From an uncultured Alphaproteobacteria bacterium (GTDB lineage Bacteria; Pseudomonadota; Alphaproteobacteria; Rhizobiales; Xanthobacteraceae): 64,000 nucleotides of DNA. Shown in pieces: positions 18,346 through 28,779 of the stretch. The notes under the pieces were generated by a model. The model was not told the origin of the DNA, ran no database searches, and saw nothing but the letters and a program-made list of their open reading frames with translations. The DNA lies in the NCBI GenBank assembly GCA_963818155.1, contig CAWFRC010000001.1:7730-71729 (forward strand), written 5' to 3'. A program made the translations under genes and the position numbers. Position 1 is the stretch's first letter. Every line of letters starts with the position of its first letter.

Positions 18346-19014
18346 TCAAAAAACAAATTGTGGCGGAGCGATGAACCCGGGGAGCACGCGGGCAACGGCG
18401 TCAAAAACCGGCCGGCCGACCATGCGCCCCTCGATATAATGGAAAATGGTCGCCTTTGACGCCGCCGTCGGGCTGAAAACGCCGACCACGCATCCGTCTG
18501 GCTTCAATTGCGGCCCAAGCGCGTCCGGAGCGATCTCGGTTGCGCCATCGAGGAAAATAACGTCGTAAGGGCCACCTGCCGGCCAGCCCACCGTCAGCGG
18601 CCCGATCACCACCTCGACATTGACGGCTCCGACCGACGCCAGAGCGTCCTTGGCGAGCCCGGCAAGCGTGGCATCTTCTTCCAAAGCCACCACCGAGCCG
18701 GCCAAACGCGACAGCACGGCCGCCGAATAGCCGGTCGCACAGCCGAGATCCAACACCCGATTCGTCCCGCTGATTCGTGCCGCCTGTACAAGCTTTGCGA
18801 GTATCATTGGCCGCAGCAACGTGCGACCGCGGGTCACCGGAACCTCACCGTCCAAATAGGCAAGCTGGCCCAGCGCCGGCGGTAGGAATTGCTCCCGCGG
18901 CAACGTTTGCATGGCTTCCAGGATAGCGCTGTCGGTCACGTCCGCGGTGCGGACCTGGCCTTCGACCATCAGCCGGCGGGCGTTAGCAGCATCAAACATG
19001 CGTTGAGTTCCCAT
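18346..19014 (-). CDS. pcm: Protein-L-isoaspartate O-methyltransferase
   Basis: VLDLGCATGYSAAVLS SAM-binding motif. The track ORF extends to 19191 but would overlap the tRNA, so ATG at 19014 (or 18999) is preferred. Confidence 0.85.
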   Translation of the reverse strand: MGTQRMFDAANARRLMVEGQVRTADVTDSAILEAMQTLPREQFLPPALGQLAYLDGEVPVTRGRTLLRPMILAKLVQAARISGTNRVLDLGCATGYSAAVLSRLAGSVVALEEDATLAGLAKDALASVGAVNVEVVIGPLTVGWPAGGPYDVIFLDGATEIAPDALGPQLKPDGCVVGVFSPTAASKATIFHYIEGRMVGRPVFDAVARVLPGFIAPPQFVF

Positions 19015-19185
19015 GCGGCGGAAGCGTTGTGCGGCAGGCTCCGGGAAAACGCAAGCGGCCGGTCGCGCAAGACCGCATTGCGCAATTATATGTCGAAGCG
19101 TTGTCGCACCGTTGTCGGAACCGGAACGTTCCTTTATAGACCGCATACCGGGCTTGTGGGCTGCAATTGCGGCCAGCGAGTTCCT

Positions 19186-19259
19186 GGCCACGTGGCGGAG
19201 TGGTTACGCAGCGGTCTGCAAAACCGTTTACCCCGGTTCAATTCCGGGCGTGGCCTCCA
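19186..19259 (+). tRNA. tRNA-Cys (GCA)
   Basis: Hand-folded cloverleaf. Acceptor ggccacg/cgtggcc. Anticodon arm gcggt-cuGCAaa-accgt. T arm cccgg-ttcaatt-ccggg. Encoded CCA. G13:A22-type D stem as in tRNA-Cys. Confidence 0.9.
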
Positions 19260-19752
19260 ATACAATCAATGACCTGCGGCCCCCACTCCCGGCCCGGTTT
19301 TCTCCGTCAGTGATTCGTCGGCAAAGTTCGCCGCTCTTTGCGCAGCGGCTCTGATCGTTCTCGCGGGCTGCGTAACCGACGCTGAGATCCTCAACGCAAC
19401 CGCTCGCCGACGGCGCGAAGTACCCAGTCATACGGAGCAAAGCCCGGCGAGCCCGCGTACCTGCAATGCCACGCAAGCGCGATGCGGCCCACGCCGGCCC
19501 GCTGCCGCCACGGCGAGCGGCGGTGCAGCGGCACCGACCCAGCGTCGGCCGATCGCCTATCCCGCCGCCCGCCTCCGGCACGGTCCTGAGAACCGCAACA
19601 GTCTATCAGGGACACGCCGGATCGGGAACGCTGGCCGCAATGGCGAGAGACCAATGATCGACGGGACGGCATGCCCTGATCTAAGCTTCGCGTGCACGCG
19701 CGAGCGCGTTGATCGCGCGCGTTCATTGTTGGCCACGAAAGGATCAATCCAA

Positions 19753-19974
19753 ATGGCGAAGAAGCAATCGGAAAGCGTTTATCGCATTATCGATGTGGTC
19801 GGCGTCAGCGAGAAATCCTGGGAGGATGCCGGCCGCGTCGCCGTGGAGACGGCGGCCGGTTCGCTGCGCGATCTACGTGTCGCCGAGGTCACTAAGATGG
19901 ACATGAAGGTGGACGACGGGAAAGTCACGGCTTTTCGGACCCGCGTGGCGCTCTCATTCAAATACGAGGCTTGA
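19753..19974 (+). CDS. Dodecin family flavin-binding protein
   Basis: 73 aa. SVYRIIDVVGVSEKSWEDAGRVAVETAAGSLRDLRVAEV...FRTRVALSFKY. ATG at 19753 preceded by AAAGGA. Confidence 0.8.
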   Translation: MAKKQSESVYRIIDVVGVSEKSWEDAGRVAVETAAGSLRDLRVAEVTKMDMKVDDGKVTAFRTRVALSFKYEA

Positions 19975-20174
19975 TCGAGCTTTTCGCGACCGAACCCGTA
20001 ATCTCGATCGTGATCCGGTTCGATTGAATTTGGATCACGATCTTGCGGAGCGCTGGTCACGCGAGTTTCGTACCAAAGCGAGTCGATCGGCCTATCCCCA
20101 GATTAATTGTCACAGATTCAGTCGCATAATCCTGCGCGACTGGACAGGCTGCTAATAACGTCTGGGGGACCGAT

Positions 20175-20396
20175 TTGATGACGAAGACTTTTATTTTTGC
20201 TTTTGCTCTTACGCTGCTGGTTACTCCAGCTTCTGCTCAGTATACTTGCGAGCAAGTGCGAGCGTTTGTGGCTGAAAATGGTTTGGCCCAAGCTCGCGCA
20301 AAGGCACGAGCAGCGGGCATGACTGCCGCACAAGAGCGGGAGGCAGCCAGGTGCCTCCGCCGTCCCGGCACTGTTCGTAGATCAAAGCGCCACTGA
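20175..20396 (+). CDS. Small secreted hypothetical protein (signal peptide, 2 Cys)
   Basis: N-terminal MMTKTFIFAFALTLLVTPASA-QY signal-like sequence. AT-richer islet. Confidence 0.5.
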   Translation: MMTKTFIFAFALTLLVTPASAQYTCEQVRAFVAENGLAQARAKARAAGMTAAQEREAARCLRRPGTVRRSKRH

Positions 20397-20508
20397 CGGT
20401 CGCCGTTCACATGAGCGAGGCGAGCGCCGTCCCACCATTGGGGCCTCGGGGCATTTTTGCTAAGTTCCTGCTTCGCGAAACTAAAGCACAAGAAGGTGGG
20501 GACAGCGA

Positions 20509-20829
20509 ATGTATGTGCGACTAGCCTCAGTTACGATCTTTGCAGCCATGTCGTTGAGTCTACCTGCGCAAGCGCAATCGTTCAGCCGCCAAGACCTCGA
20601 TTGCGCCGTTGCTGCTACCATTGAGGACGCGCGGGCAGACAGAGGTGCGAGCGGAGACAATAACTTCCATGAATTGATCATTTTCTTTGTTCGTCGCCTT
20701 AATGCGCAAGATGATCAAACCAACTGGGCAAGGGTCGTTTATGATCGATCCCAATTGAGCCCCAGACGAAATTCAGCCGAGCTTCTCGCAAAATGCACGG
20801 AGCTTTATCAAAGCTCAGTCCATCGGTGA
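20509..20829 (+). CDS. Small secreted hypothetical protein
   Basis: Signal-like MYVRLASVTIFAAMSLSLPAQA-QS. 2 Cys. No recognisable family. Confidence 0.5.
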   Translation: MYVRLASVTIFAAMSLSLPAQAQSFSRQDLDCAVAATIEDARADRGASGDNNFHELIIFFVRRLNAQDDQTNWARVVYDRSQLSPRRNSAELLAKCTELYQSSVHR

Positions 20830-21046
20830 TCGTCGTTTTTTCTATTTCGGACTGTTTTCCTTGTCTCATTCAAACTGAGATACGACCGGCCGGGGTATGT
20901 TCGCACCGCGGCGCTCCGCGATGGGTGCCGCCTCCAGCGCGATCGAGCAGCGGCCCACTTCGCCTACGAACAAAATGAACCCCATTGCATTTCGCAGCAA
21001 CGCACCCAGTACCGGCAAGGTTTTTGCATAGGAGGCCCCAGGCTCT

Positions 21047-21442
21047 GTGAGAGAGGGGGTGCCGATGCGGGCCCTTCTTTGTTTGATGGGAATAGCGATC
21101 GCTGCCGTGTCGGCAGGCTTCACCGATCAGCAAATCGAAGACGCCCGTATTTGGGCGCACGAGAGCAATGAGGCATTCGGGGTGTGCTTGCAGGCGGAGG
21201 TGCAGAACAAACTGCACTCAAGGATGGCAAGGGAGGATTTCGCTTTGTTTATCAAAGGAGCATGCAACCTGGAAACAAAGGCTTTCCGCGTGTTGTTGAT
21301 GGACTACCTCACCATGAAACAGCCGGACATAGACGCGGCAATCGATCTTGCGACGGCCGAGTCAGTCATTCAGCAATGGCGCGATGCGGCGACCCAACGC
21401 TACGTCGAGAGCGCCGACAGTTCGGTGACGCCGGCTGATTGA
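21047..21442 (+). CDS. Small secreted hypothetical protein
   Basis: Signal-like MRALLCLMGIAIAAVSAG (probable start 21065). 2 mature Cys. No recognisable family. Confidence 0.5.
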   Translation: MREGVPMRALLCLMGIAIAAVSAGFTDQQIEDARIWAHESNEAFGVCLQAEVQNKLHSRMAREDFALFIKGACNLETKAFRVLLMDYLTMKQPDIDAAIDLATAESVIQQWRDAATQRYVESADSSVTPAD

Positions 21443-22016
21443 ACAAAGTGTCGCACATTAAGCTGGCGGTAACATGCACCCGTTAAGGTCGCAAATCGGA
21501 ACGGTTGCACGTCGCCGCGTTAGCCGTCCGAAGCTCCGGTGGACGCGCGTTGCGTATCAGCGCTGCCGGAGCTTCCTTCAACCAACGCCTACTTATTCCG
21601 GCGCATAATGCGCAGCATCATCCACCCGGTGATAGCGAATAGCGCGGCTCTAACAGCCAGCGAAGCAGCCGACATATCCGCCCCCGTCAATGCCTGCCGC
21701 ACGCTATAGCGCGTCGCAGCAATGGTGTGATGTATCGGGCGGCACACCAAAAGCACCAGCAGCCGCTTCTGAGTCAGCGCAGCGCACAACGCATCCGGAA
21801 CGCGGCTGCCGCTATCGGCGTTAAGGCCGTAAAGCAGTACCGGAGCCGCAAATGGTTATCCTGATTCCAGATTCCCCAAAATCGGGCGCTATAAGCGCCA
21901 ACCGACAGCCCGCCGACCATAGGCAGGTCTTTGAAGCTGTGGCGATGACCGCCTTCATCGTGGCGATGTTTCTCTTCGTGGAGGTGGCGCCGGCATTCGT
22001 CAACTGAGGCGGCGGG

Positions 22017-22670
22017 CTATTGCCCAGCCGGTCTGCTCGTCGCAAACACGATGACTTGCGCGCCGATCGGCGTGCGGTTGTAAAGATCGACGATGTCGTC
22101 GTTGGTCAGACGGATGCAGCCGGACGAGACGTTTGTGCCAATGGTCCCAGGTTCATTGGTGCCGTGGATGCGGTACAGCGTGTCCCTGTTGCCGCTCCAG
22201 AGGTATAGCGCGCGCGCTCCGATCGGGTTATCGGGACCGCCCTTCATGCCGATGCCGCTCTGCAGCTGCACCATGTGCTGAAGCAGCTCTGGTTTCCGCG
22301 CCAGCATTTCCCGGGGAGGATACCAATCGGGCCATTCCTGTTTGCTATGGACAGTCGCTCGACCGGACCACAAAAAGCCTTCCGCACCGACGCCCACGCC
22401 GTAGCGAATAGCCTGTCCTGCGTCGTGGATTAAGTAGAGAAAGTGATTGGCCGGATCGACGATGATCGTGCCCGGCCGCTCGTGGGTTGCGTAGGCGACC
22501 ACTTGGCGCGCGAAGACAGGATCAGGACCTCGCGATTGCTCCCACGGCGTGAAAACACCGGCTTTGGTCGTCCCGCTCACGCACGCGAAAACGGCGGGCA
22601 ACGCGGCGCAAGCCACACCACCGCGTATGACCTGCCGGCGAGAAAATCCTGCGAACCTGATCTTCATCAC
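22017..22670 (-). CDS. L,D-transpeptidase (YkuD domain)
   Basis: Twin-arginine-like signal (SRRQVIRGG). Catalytic HGTNEPGTIGTNVSSGCIRLTNDD. Confidence 0.85.
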   Translation of the reverse strand: MMKIRFAGFSRRQVIRGGVACAALPAVFACVSGTTKAGVFTPWEQSRGPDPVFARQVVAYATHERPGTIIVDPANHFLYLIHDAGQAIRYGVGVGAEGFLWSGRATVHSKQEWPDWYPPREMLARKPELLQHMVQLQSGIGMKGGPDNPIGARALYLWSGNRDTLYRIHGTNEPGTIGTNVSSGCIRLTNDDIVDLYNRTPIGAQVIVFATSRPAGQ

Positions 22671-22974
22671 TCTATTTTAAAACAAAAACAGGCGATGGGG
22701 AACTATGTCACCTCAGATCCCGCTCGGCTCCTGTCCCGAGAAACACTCGAGCATTAACTTAAATAAAATCAATGACTTAAAGCGAACAACATTCTACCTC
22801 TATAGGGCTCTTAGGGCTTGCGCACGGTCCGCCGCGGGCCGTTCCGTGACATCGTCAAGGTGCGTCTGCTGGTGTGGCCCCGCGCGGAGATAATGCCCGC
22901 CGCGTTCCACAATCTATGATTGCTGTCTTGGGACGGGTGTGGAATCCTGAAAGTCGGATATGGGGAGAGCACCA

Positions 22975-23193
22975 ATGGCTGTTGTCTACATCGAACCGAG
23001 ACCGAAAGGCCGCGAAGAGCACGCGCCGATCGAGGACTATGTGGTCGAAACCGAAGGCGGCAAGGTGCTCGAAACACTCAAAACCCAGGCTGACGCCATA
23101 AAATGGGCGAAAGACAACGGCTACACGGTCCACGTGGCACGTGTTCGTCATCTGCCCAACAAAGGAAACCCAGATCATTGGCGCAAGGCGTAA
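22975..23193 (+). CDS. Small conserved hypothetical protein (DUF2188-like)
   Basis: ATG 22975 preceded by GGGGAGAG. MAVVYIEPRPKGREEHAPIEDYVVE...AIKWAKDNGYTVHVARVRH. Confidence 0.55.
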   Translation: MAVVYIEPRPKGREEHAPIEDYVVETEGGKVLETLKTQADAIKWAKDNGYTVHVARVRHLPNKGNPDHWRKA

Positions 23194-23471
23194 AGCATTC
23201 AGACTTTGGGGCGATCGCGTTCTCGCGTGCTGCTCGGTTCGCCGAACTCCCCCGCCGCCTCACAATTAGCGAGAGATTTTCTGCAACGTGAGGCTCGGCG
23301 CCACTGAGCGCGGCATGCCGGTGCAACGCGGACGCTTTGCGCGTCGATGGCGACGTTGAAGCGTGACAGAAAGCTCAATCCCAACCATCCTTCCGCGCGA
23401 TGGGTCTGCCACCTGATGGACCACTTCAGACCCGTTGATCTGCGACCACGATCGCAGAAGCGCCGGTGCAT

Positions 23472-24407
23472 CTAAACAACCACGGACCAGCGCTCAGGAA
23501 CCAATCGGTAGCCGTCGCCATTGCGCACAAGGCGCGCAAAGCCGGGCATGTGCAGGTGGCCGCCCGCTACCAGCAGCCGTTCGGACGCCACGAGCTCGAA
23601 GATGCGGCGTCGATTTTCCGCGGCCAGCGGCTCGTCGATGTCGAATTCGCTGGTCACTTGCGGGCGCGGCACCTGAATCTCGGGCACGTGCACGGTATCG
23701 CCCCAAATCACCAGCGTCTCACCAGCCGAGTCCAAACGATAACCGGCATGACCGGGCGTATGGCCGGGCAGCTCCAACAAACTCAGTCCGGGAACGACCG
23801 CGCCAGCACGGCTCGGGCGAAGCTGCTCGCGGTATGCGCCGAGCATTTTGGCCGCTGAATCCAGATACGGCATTGCCGCTGGAATTCGGCCATCGCGCAA
23901 TCCGGGATCGGACCAGAACGCGATATCGTCCGCGTGAATGACGATCTCGGCGCGTGGAAACATGGGCTCGCCCGAGGTTCCCAATAGGCCGCTCGCGTGA
24001 TCCGGGTGGATGTGCGTCAGCGTCACGGTGTCGAAGTCGGTCGGCGAAAAGCCGGCGGCGCGAAGATTTTCCGGCAAGAGCCCCATCGAGAACACCGTCG
24101 TGCTGCCGCCGCCGGCATCGACGAGAATTGTCCGCGCCCCCGTTTGCACCACATAGGCGTTCACGGTGATCCGCGGTGGGCCTTCATGAAACACGTCGCG
24201 CATGAGACCATGCATGTCGTCAAGCGTCGCCCCGCGCAATATCTCGAACGGCATGTCGAGATAGCCGTCGTTGATGACCGTGACCATCGCATCGCCAACG
24301 CGCCGCCGATAAACGCCGGGCATCTGTTTTTGATCCGGATTGCTCATCATCTCCCCTCGGTCTCGGTTGTTTTTATGTCGCGTTCTGTTCGGCGCTCGAC
24401 CCGCCAT
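23472..24407 (-). CDS. MBL-fold metallo-hydrolase
   Basis: HxHxDH motif (THIHPDHASG) and downstream His/Asp ligands (PGHTPGH). Confidence 0.85.
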   Translation of the reverse strand: MAGRAPNRTRHKNNRDRGEMMSNPDQKQMPGVYRRRVGDAMVTVINDGYLDMPFEILRGATLDDMHGLMRDVFHEGPPRITVNAYVVQTGARTILVDAGGGSTTVFSMGLLPENLRAAGFSPTDFDTVTLTHIHPDHASGLLGTSGEPMFPRAEIVIHADDIAFWSDPGLRDGRIPAAMPYLDSAAKMLGAYREQLRPSRAGAVVPGLSLLELPGHTPGHAGYRLDSAGETLVIWGDTVHVPEIQVPRPQVTSEFDIDEPLAAENRRRIFELVASERLLVAGGHLHMPGFARLVRNGDGYRLVPERWSVVV

Positions 24408-24634
24408 TGGCGACAGCGCGCTGCAAAGGTGCGGACGCCGAACGGCACTGATCCCGCGTCCGACAGCTTTCTGCGATTTTCACCGGCTTGCAAGGCCGGC
24501 GCTGCACTCGGCGGCTGTGAGCGAAGGCATTTCTGTTATACTTAAACGCGCGGTGCCCAGCTGAGGGAAGCGGGCTAATGTCGCGCGCCGCATCACAACG
24601 GATAACCTTTGAGGGAAGACAAGGAGGTCGGCTG

Positions 24635-25522
24635 ATGTCAGCTCCATCGATCGGATTTGTGGGAGTTGGTCGCATGGGAGGCCCCATGAGCCAGCGCCTC
24701 ATCGATGCCGGTCACGCAGTGAGTGTGTTCGACGCCAACGCCGAGGCCACAGCTGCATTAAAGAAGGCTGGAGCGACGGTTGCGTCGTCCCCGGACGACA
24801 TAGGCAACAGTGCCGACATTGTCTTTGTCAGCTTGCCGACGCCCGCGATCGTGCAGTCGGTGGTGCTGGACGGCATTGGCCGGGGCTCGCGCGCAAAGAT
24901 CATCGTCGATCTTTCGACCAGCGGCCCAGGCATGGCCGGCCGCGTGTCAACCGCCCTCAAGGAGCGCGGCATCGCTTGGATCGACGCGCCTGTGTCGGGC
25001 GGCATCGCCGGCGCCAAGGGCGGCACGTTGGCGGTCATGGCCTCGGGCCCGCGCGCGACTTTCGATGTCGTCGAACCGCTGCTGAAAAACTTCGGCAAAG
25101 TTTTTTACGTCGGCGAAAAGGCCGGCCTCGCCCAGGTGGCCAAGCTCGCCAACAATCTGCTCGCCGCGGCCGCGTTGGTGGTTTCTTCGGAAGCGTTGGC
25201 GATGGGCGTCAAGGCCGGTCTCGACCCCAAGGTCATGCTCGACATCATCAATGCCAGCAGCGGACGCAACAGCGCCACCCAAGACAAATTTCCGCGCGCG
25301 GTATTGCCGCGCACCTTCGACTTCGGCTTTACCACCGGGCTGTCCTACAAAGATGTGGGTCTGTGCGTCGACGAGGCCGAAGCCATGGGCGTGCCCATGG
25401 TCGCGGGCGCCATCGTCCGGCAAATGCTCGCGATCACCAATGCCAAGTTCGGTCCAAACTCCGATTTCACCTCGATCGCGCGCGTGGTCGAAGAGTGGGC
25501 CGGGGTGGAGATCAAGGGCTGA
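24635..25522 (+). CDS. NAD(P)-dependent 3-hydroxyisobutyrate/6-phosphogluconate dehydrogenase-like oxidoreductase
   Basis: ATG 24635 after AAGGAGG. IGFVGVGRMGGPMSQRL Rossmann motif. GGIAGAKGGTLAVM. Confidence 0.85.
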   Translation: MSAPSIGFVGVGRMGGPMSQRLIDAGHAVSVFDANAEATAALKKAGATVASSPDDIGNSADIVFVSLPTPAIVQSVVLDGIGRGSRAKIIVDLSTSGPGMAGRVSTALKERGIAWIDAPVSGGIAGAKGGTLAVMASGPRATFDVVEPLLKNFGKVFYVGEKAGLAQVAKLANNLLAAAALVVSSEALAMGVKAGLDPKVMLDIINASSGRNSATQDKFPRAVLPRTFDFGFTTGLSYKDVGLCVDEAEAMGVPMVAGAIVRQMLAITNAKFGPNSDFTSIARVVEEWAGVEIKG

Positions 25523-25594
25523 CCACAATTTCGCAAATCCGCAAGTGACAATCGTTCAAACGTCGGCCCGACGAAACGTCACTTTTGCGAACGC

Positions 25595-25990
25595 ATGGAG
25601 ACGACAATGAGCAAAGAAATATTCGATCGCGGCCTGGCGATCCGCAAGAAGGTGCTGGGCGCCGAATTTGTGGAAAAGTCGTTTGCGGCTGCCGACGATT
25701 TCAATCTGCCGATGCAAGAGCTGACGACCGAGTATTGCTGGGGCGCGGTATGGGGCCGCGAAGGCTTGCCGCACAAAATCCGCAGCATGCTCAATCTGGC
25801 GATGATCAGCTGTCTCAATCGTCCGCACGAACTGAAGATGCATGTCAAAGGCGCCCTCAAGAACGGCGTAACCAAGGACGAGATCCGCGAGGTTTTCCTC
25901 CAGGTCGCCATCTATGCCGGAATACCGGCTGGCGTTGATTCGTTCCGCATCGCTCGCGAGGCTTTCGCGGAAGTCGAGAAAGGCGCCTAG
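25595..25990 (+). CDS. Carboxymuconolactone decarboxylase family protein
   Basis: 131 aa. TEYCWGAVWGREGL...RSMLNLAMI...HVKGALKNGVTKDEIREVFLQVAIYAGIPA. Confidence 0.85.
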   Translation: METTMSKEIFDRGLAIRKKVLGAEFVEKSFAAADDFNLPMQELTTEYCWGAVWGREGLPHKIRSMLNLAMISCLNRPHELKMHVKGALKNGVTKDEIREVFLQVAIYAGIPAGVDSFRIAREAFAEVEKGA

Positions 25991-26251
25991 GCTGTAGTCG
26001 CAATCGCAGCGCACGGGGAATGCACCAGCTAGCTGTCCCCGTTCGGCGGCTATAAGCGCTCGGGTATCGGCCGGGAAAGCGGCTTGTCGGCAATACGTGA
26101 ATACCTGCAGGAGAAATCGGTCTGGATCGATACGGTCGGCGAAGTGCCTAATCCCTTCGTCATGCGGTGAGTTGCGCGGGTTGCGGAGGCGCGGCGCGGT
26201 TGGTACCGTTACCATTCTCGGGAACAATGGTACCGGCGGCCGCCCCTTGCG

Positions 26252-27169
26252 ATGGAATTTAGGCAGCTCAGTTACTTTCTTGAAATCGCCCAATCCGGCA
26301 GTTTTTCCAAAGCGGCCGTCCGCCTTTCCGTCGCCCAACCGATCCTAAGCCGCCAAATCAAGTTGCTCGAATCCGAGCTCGGCGTCGAACTTCTGTACCG
26401 CAACGGGCGCGGCATCGTGCTTTCGGAAGTCGGAAAACTCCTCGAATCCTATGCCCATAGCGTGGTGAAACTCGTGGGGCAGGCGCGATCCGAAATCGAC
26501 GCGATGCGCCTGACGCCGCAAGGACGGGTCGCCATCGCGATGCCGCCGTCGATCGGCTGGGTATTGACCGGTCCGCTTGTGTTGCGGTGCCGCAAGGCTT
26601 TCCCGAATATCGCCATGCATGTGGTCGAAGGTTTCAGCGGCCACGTGGCCGAATGGCTATCGACCGGCCGCGTTGACATCGGCATTGTCTATCAGGCCCC
26701 TCGCCTGCCGACGCTGGCGGCTGAACCGCTCTTTTCCGACGAATTGATCTTGCTCGGCGCCGTTAACGATCCGGCGGGGCTGGGCGGCACCGGGGTCGAG
26801 ACCGCCCGGCTTGCAGAAATTCCGATGATTTTGCCAGCACGGCCGCACGGCTTGCGCGTTCTCGTCGACAACGCGCTCGCGCAACTCGGCGTCAGCGCGC
26901 GGGTCGAACTGGAAGTCGATGCCATGCCCTCAACGCTCAGCCTGGTCGGGCAAGGCGTCGGCTATACGGTGTTGTCGGAAGGCGCGGTCAAGCATCTCTT
27001 GAAGGCCGGCGAAATTCGAAGCTGGTCGCTCACGGAGCCGGTCCTCATGCGCGAGCTCCTTCTCGCCACGTCGACACAGCGGCCCATGAGCATCGCCACC
27101 CGGCTGGTCACACGACTGATCCGCGACCAGGTCCAAGGCATTCTGCGCGGCCACACGGCGCAGGCCTGA
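26252..27169 (+). CDS. LysR family transcriptional regulator
   Basis: MEFRQLSYFLEIAQSGSFSKAAVRLSVAQPILSRQIKLLE wHTH plus substrate-binding domain. Confidence 0.9.
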   Translation: MEFRQLSYFLEIAQSGSFSKAAVRLSVAQPILSRQIKLLESELGVELLYRNGRGIVLSEVGKLLESYAHSVVKLVGQARSEIDAMRLTPQGRVAIAMPPSIGWVLTGPLVLRCRKAFPNIAMHVVEGFSGHVAEWLSTGRVDIGIVYQAPRLPTLAAEPLFSDELILLGAVNDPAGLGGTGVETARLAEIPMILPARPHGLRVLVDNALAQLGVSARVELEVDAMPSTLSLVGQGVGYTVLSEGAVKHLLKAGEIRSWSLTEPVLMRELLLATSTQRPMSIATRLVTRLIRDQVQGILRGHTAQA

Positions 27170-27261
27170 TGGCGAAAACCCTCAGGCTGATATGACGGAG
27201 ACAAAGTAGCCCGCAGAGCGCTTAGACCCAATAATGCGTCAAAACGATTTGGGAGGCTCCG

Positions 27262-28671
27262 ATGCTTGATCCAGCGGTTGCGAAAACGGACCCAACCGCC
27301 GCCGGCAGCGATGCTCCGCTCACCGCCCGCCTGGGCGCCGCGATCGCAGGCAAGCGCAAGGACGACATTCCCCCGGCTGCCGGCGACAAGGTTTCGCTGT
27401 GCGTCCTCGACTTCCTCGCCTGCGCCCTTGAGGCGCACGCGCTTCCGTGGGCCCGGCAGGCGGCGGCGCTCGCGACCGACGGCGCCGGCCCGTGCACGAT
27501 TATTGGAACAGCCAAAACGGTCCCAGCAACCGACGCGACCTTCGCCAACGCCGTTGCCGGCCACGGACTCGTGCGCGAGGACATGCACACCGGCAGTGTC
27601 AGCCACCTTGGCGTCGTTGTGTTGCCGCCCCTGCTCGCGCTGGCGCAGGAGCAGCGCGTGGACGGGCGGACATTTGCGGCCGCTGCCGTGGTCGGCTACG
27701 AAGTGGGCGCTCGCGTGGGCCGTGCACTGGTCACACCGGAATTCACGCGAACATTCCGCCCGACCGGCTTCACCGGACCACTCGCCAGCGCCGCCGCTTG
27801 CAGCTACCTCCTCGGTACGGACGCGCGTGGTACCACAAGCGCGCTGGCGCTCGCCGCCAACATGGCGGGCGGGCTAAACCAGTGGCCGCATACGGGCTCC
27901 GATGACATGTTCTTTCATCCCGGCATTGCCGCGCGCAATGGGCTCACGGCCGCTCGTCTCGCGAGCCTTGGCGCCCATGGCTCGGAACAAGCGCTCGACG
28001 GCGAGGCCGGCTTGTTGCCGGCCTACCGCCCCGATCGACGCGCGCCCGACATTCGGTTGTTCGACAGCGAGCCGGAAATCATGTCGGTCTTCTTCAAGCC
28101 GGTGCCTGTCTGCAACTTCGCACAAACGCCGTGCCTCGCGGCCGTTGAAATCGTGACGGACGAGCAAATCGACTGCCGTGACATCACCGCCGTCAACGTC
28201 AAGACATCGCACGCCGCGAAGGCGTATCCCGGCTGCGACTATGCCGGTCCGTTCGCCCGCGTCCTGCAGGCCAAGATGAGCATTCAGCACGCGGTCGCGA
28301 GCGCACTGGCGCGCGGTCGCGTCGACGAAGAGAGCTATCGCGATTTGAATGACGCCACGGTGCGAGAGCTTGCTAACCGCGTCAGCGTGGAAGCCGACAC
28401 CGGGTTCACCAACGCCTTTCCCGCCAAGCAAGGCGCCGAAGTGATGATCACGCTGCAAAACGGCACGACGCTTTCGCGGCGGCTTGCGGATGTCGTGCCG
28501 GCAAATTCCGCGCTCATCCGTCGGCGCTTTCGGACGGCCGCCGCTGCGGTTCTTGGCGCCGAGCGCGCCAACGCGCTCGAGCAAGCCGTCGACGGTCTCT
28601 CCGAGAGCACCGACGTCGGCGCGATCGTGCGCCTTGCCAGAGCGGCCTCCGCCGAGGCCGCCGCGGCGTGA
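27262..28671 (+). CDS. MmgE/PrpD family protein (paralogue 1)
   Basis: 469 aa with family-typical N- and C-terminal domains (DFLACALEA..., VFFKPVPVCNFAQTP). Confidence 0.85.
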   Translation: MLDPAVAKTDPTAAGSDAPLTARLGAAIAGKRKDDIPPAAGDKVSLCVLDFLACALEAHALPWARQAAALATDGAGPCTIIGTAKTVPATDATFANAVAGHGLVREDMHTGSVSHLGVVVLPPLLALAQEQRVDGRTFAAAAVVGYEVGARVGRALVTPEFTRTFRPTGFTGPLASAAACSYLLGTDARGTTSALALAANMAGGLNQWPHTGSDDMFFHPGIAARNGLTAARLASLGAHGSEQALDGEAGLLPAYRPDRRAPDIRLFDSEPEIMSVFFKPVPVCNFAQTPCLAAVEIVTDEQIDCRDITAVNVKTSHAAKAYPGCDYAGPFARVLQAKMSIQHAVASALARGRVDEESYRDLNDATVRELANRVSVEADTGFTNAFPAKQGAEVMITLQNGTTLSRRLADVVPANSALIRRRFRTAAAAVLGAERANALEQAVDGLSESTDVGAIVRLARAASAEAAAA

Positions 28672-28779
28672 ACGAAGCTGCAGAAAGACCCCCACTACGA
28701 AGTCTATGCCATCCGTTACGCCACGCGCGAAGGACGGCGACAGGACAATTTCATCGGCGGCGATCCTCATGAGGGACCC

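Noticed and set aside
19260-19752. Integrase or att repeat expected next to tRNA-Cys
   Set aside because: The ORFs here (19228..19581, 19391..19747, 19466..19657) are Arg/Pro-rich junk. I saw no tyrosine-recombinase motifs and no repeat of the tRNA 3' end.
21589-21789. 66-aa ORF (minus) and a ~20-aa hydrophobic ORF near 21945-22007
   Set aside because: They are too short and have no RBS or homology evidence. They are possibly small membrane peptides, but this is unsupported.
25556-26338. 260-aa minus-strand ORF
   Set aside because: It is antisense to the well-supported carboxymuconolactone decarboxylase family gene.
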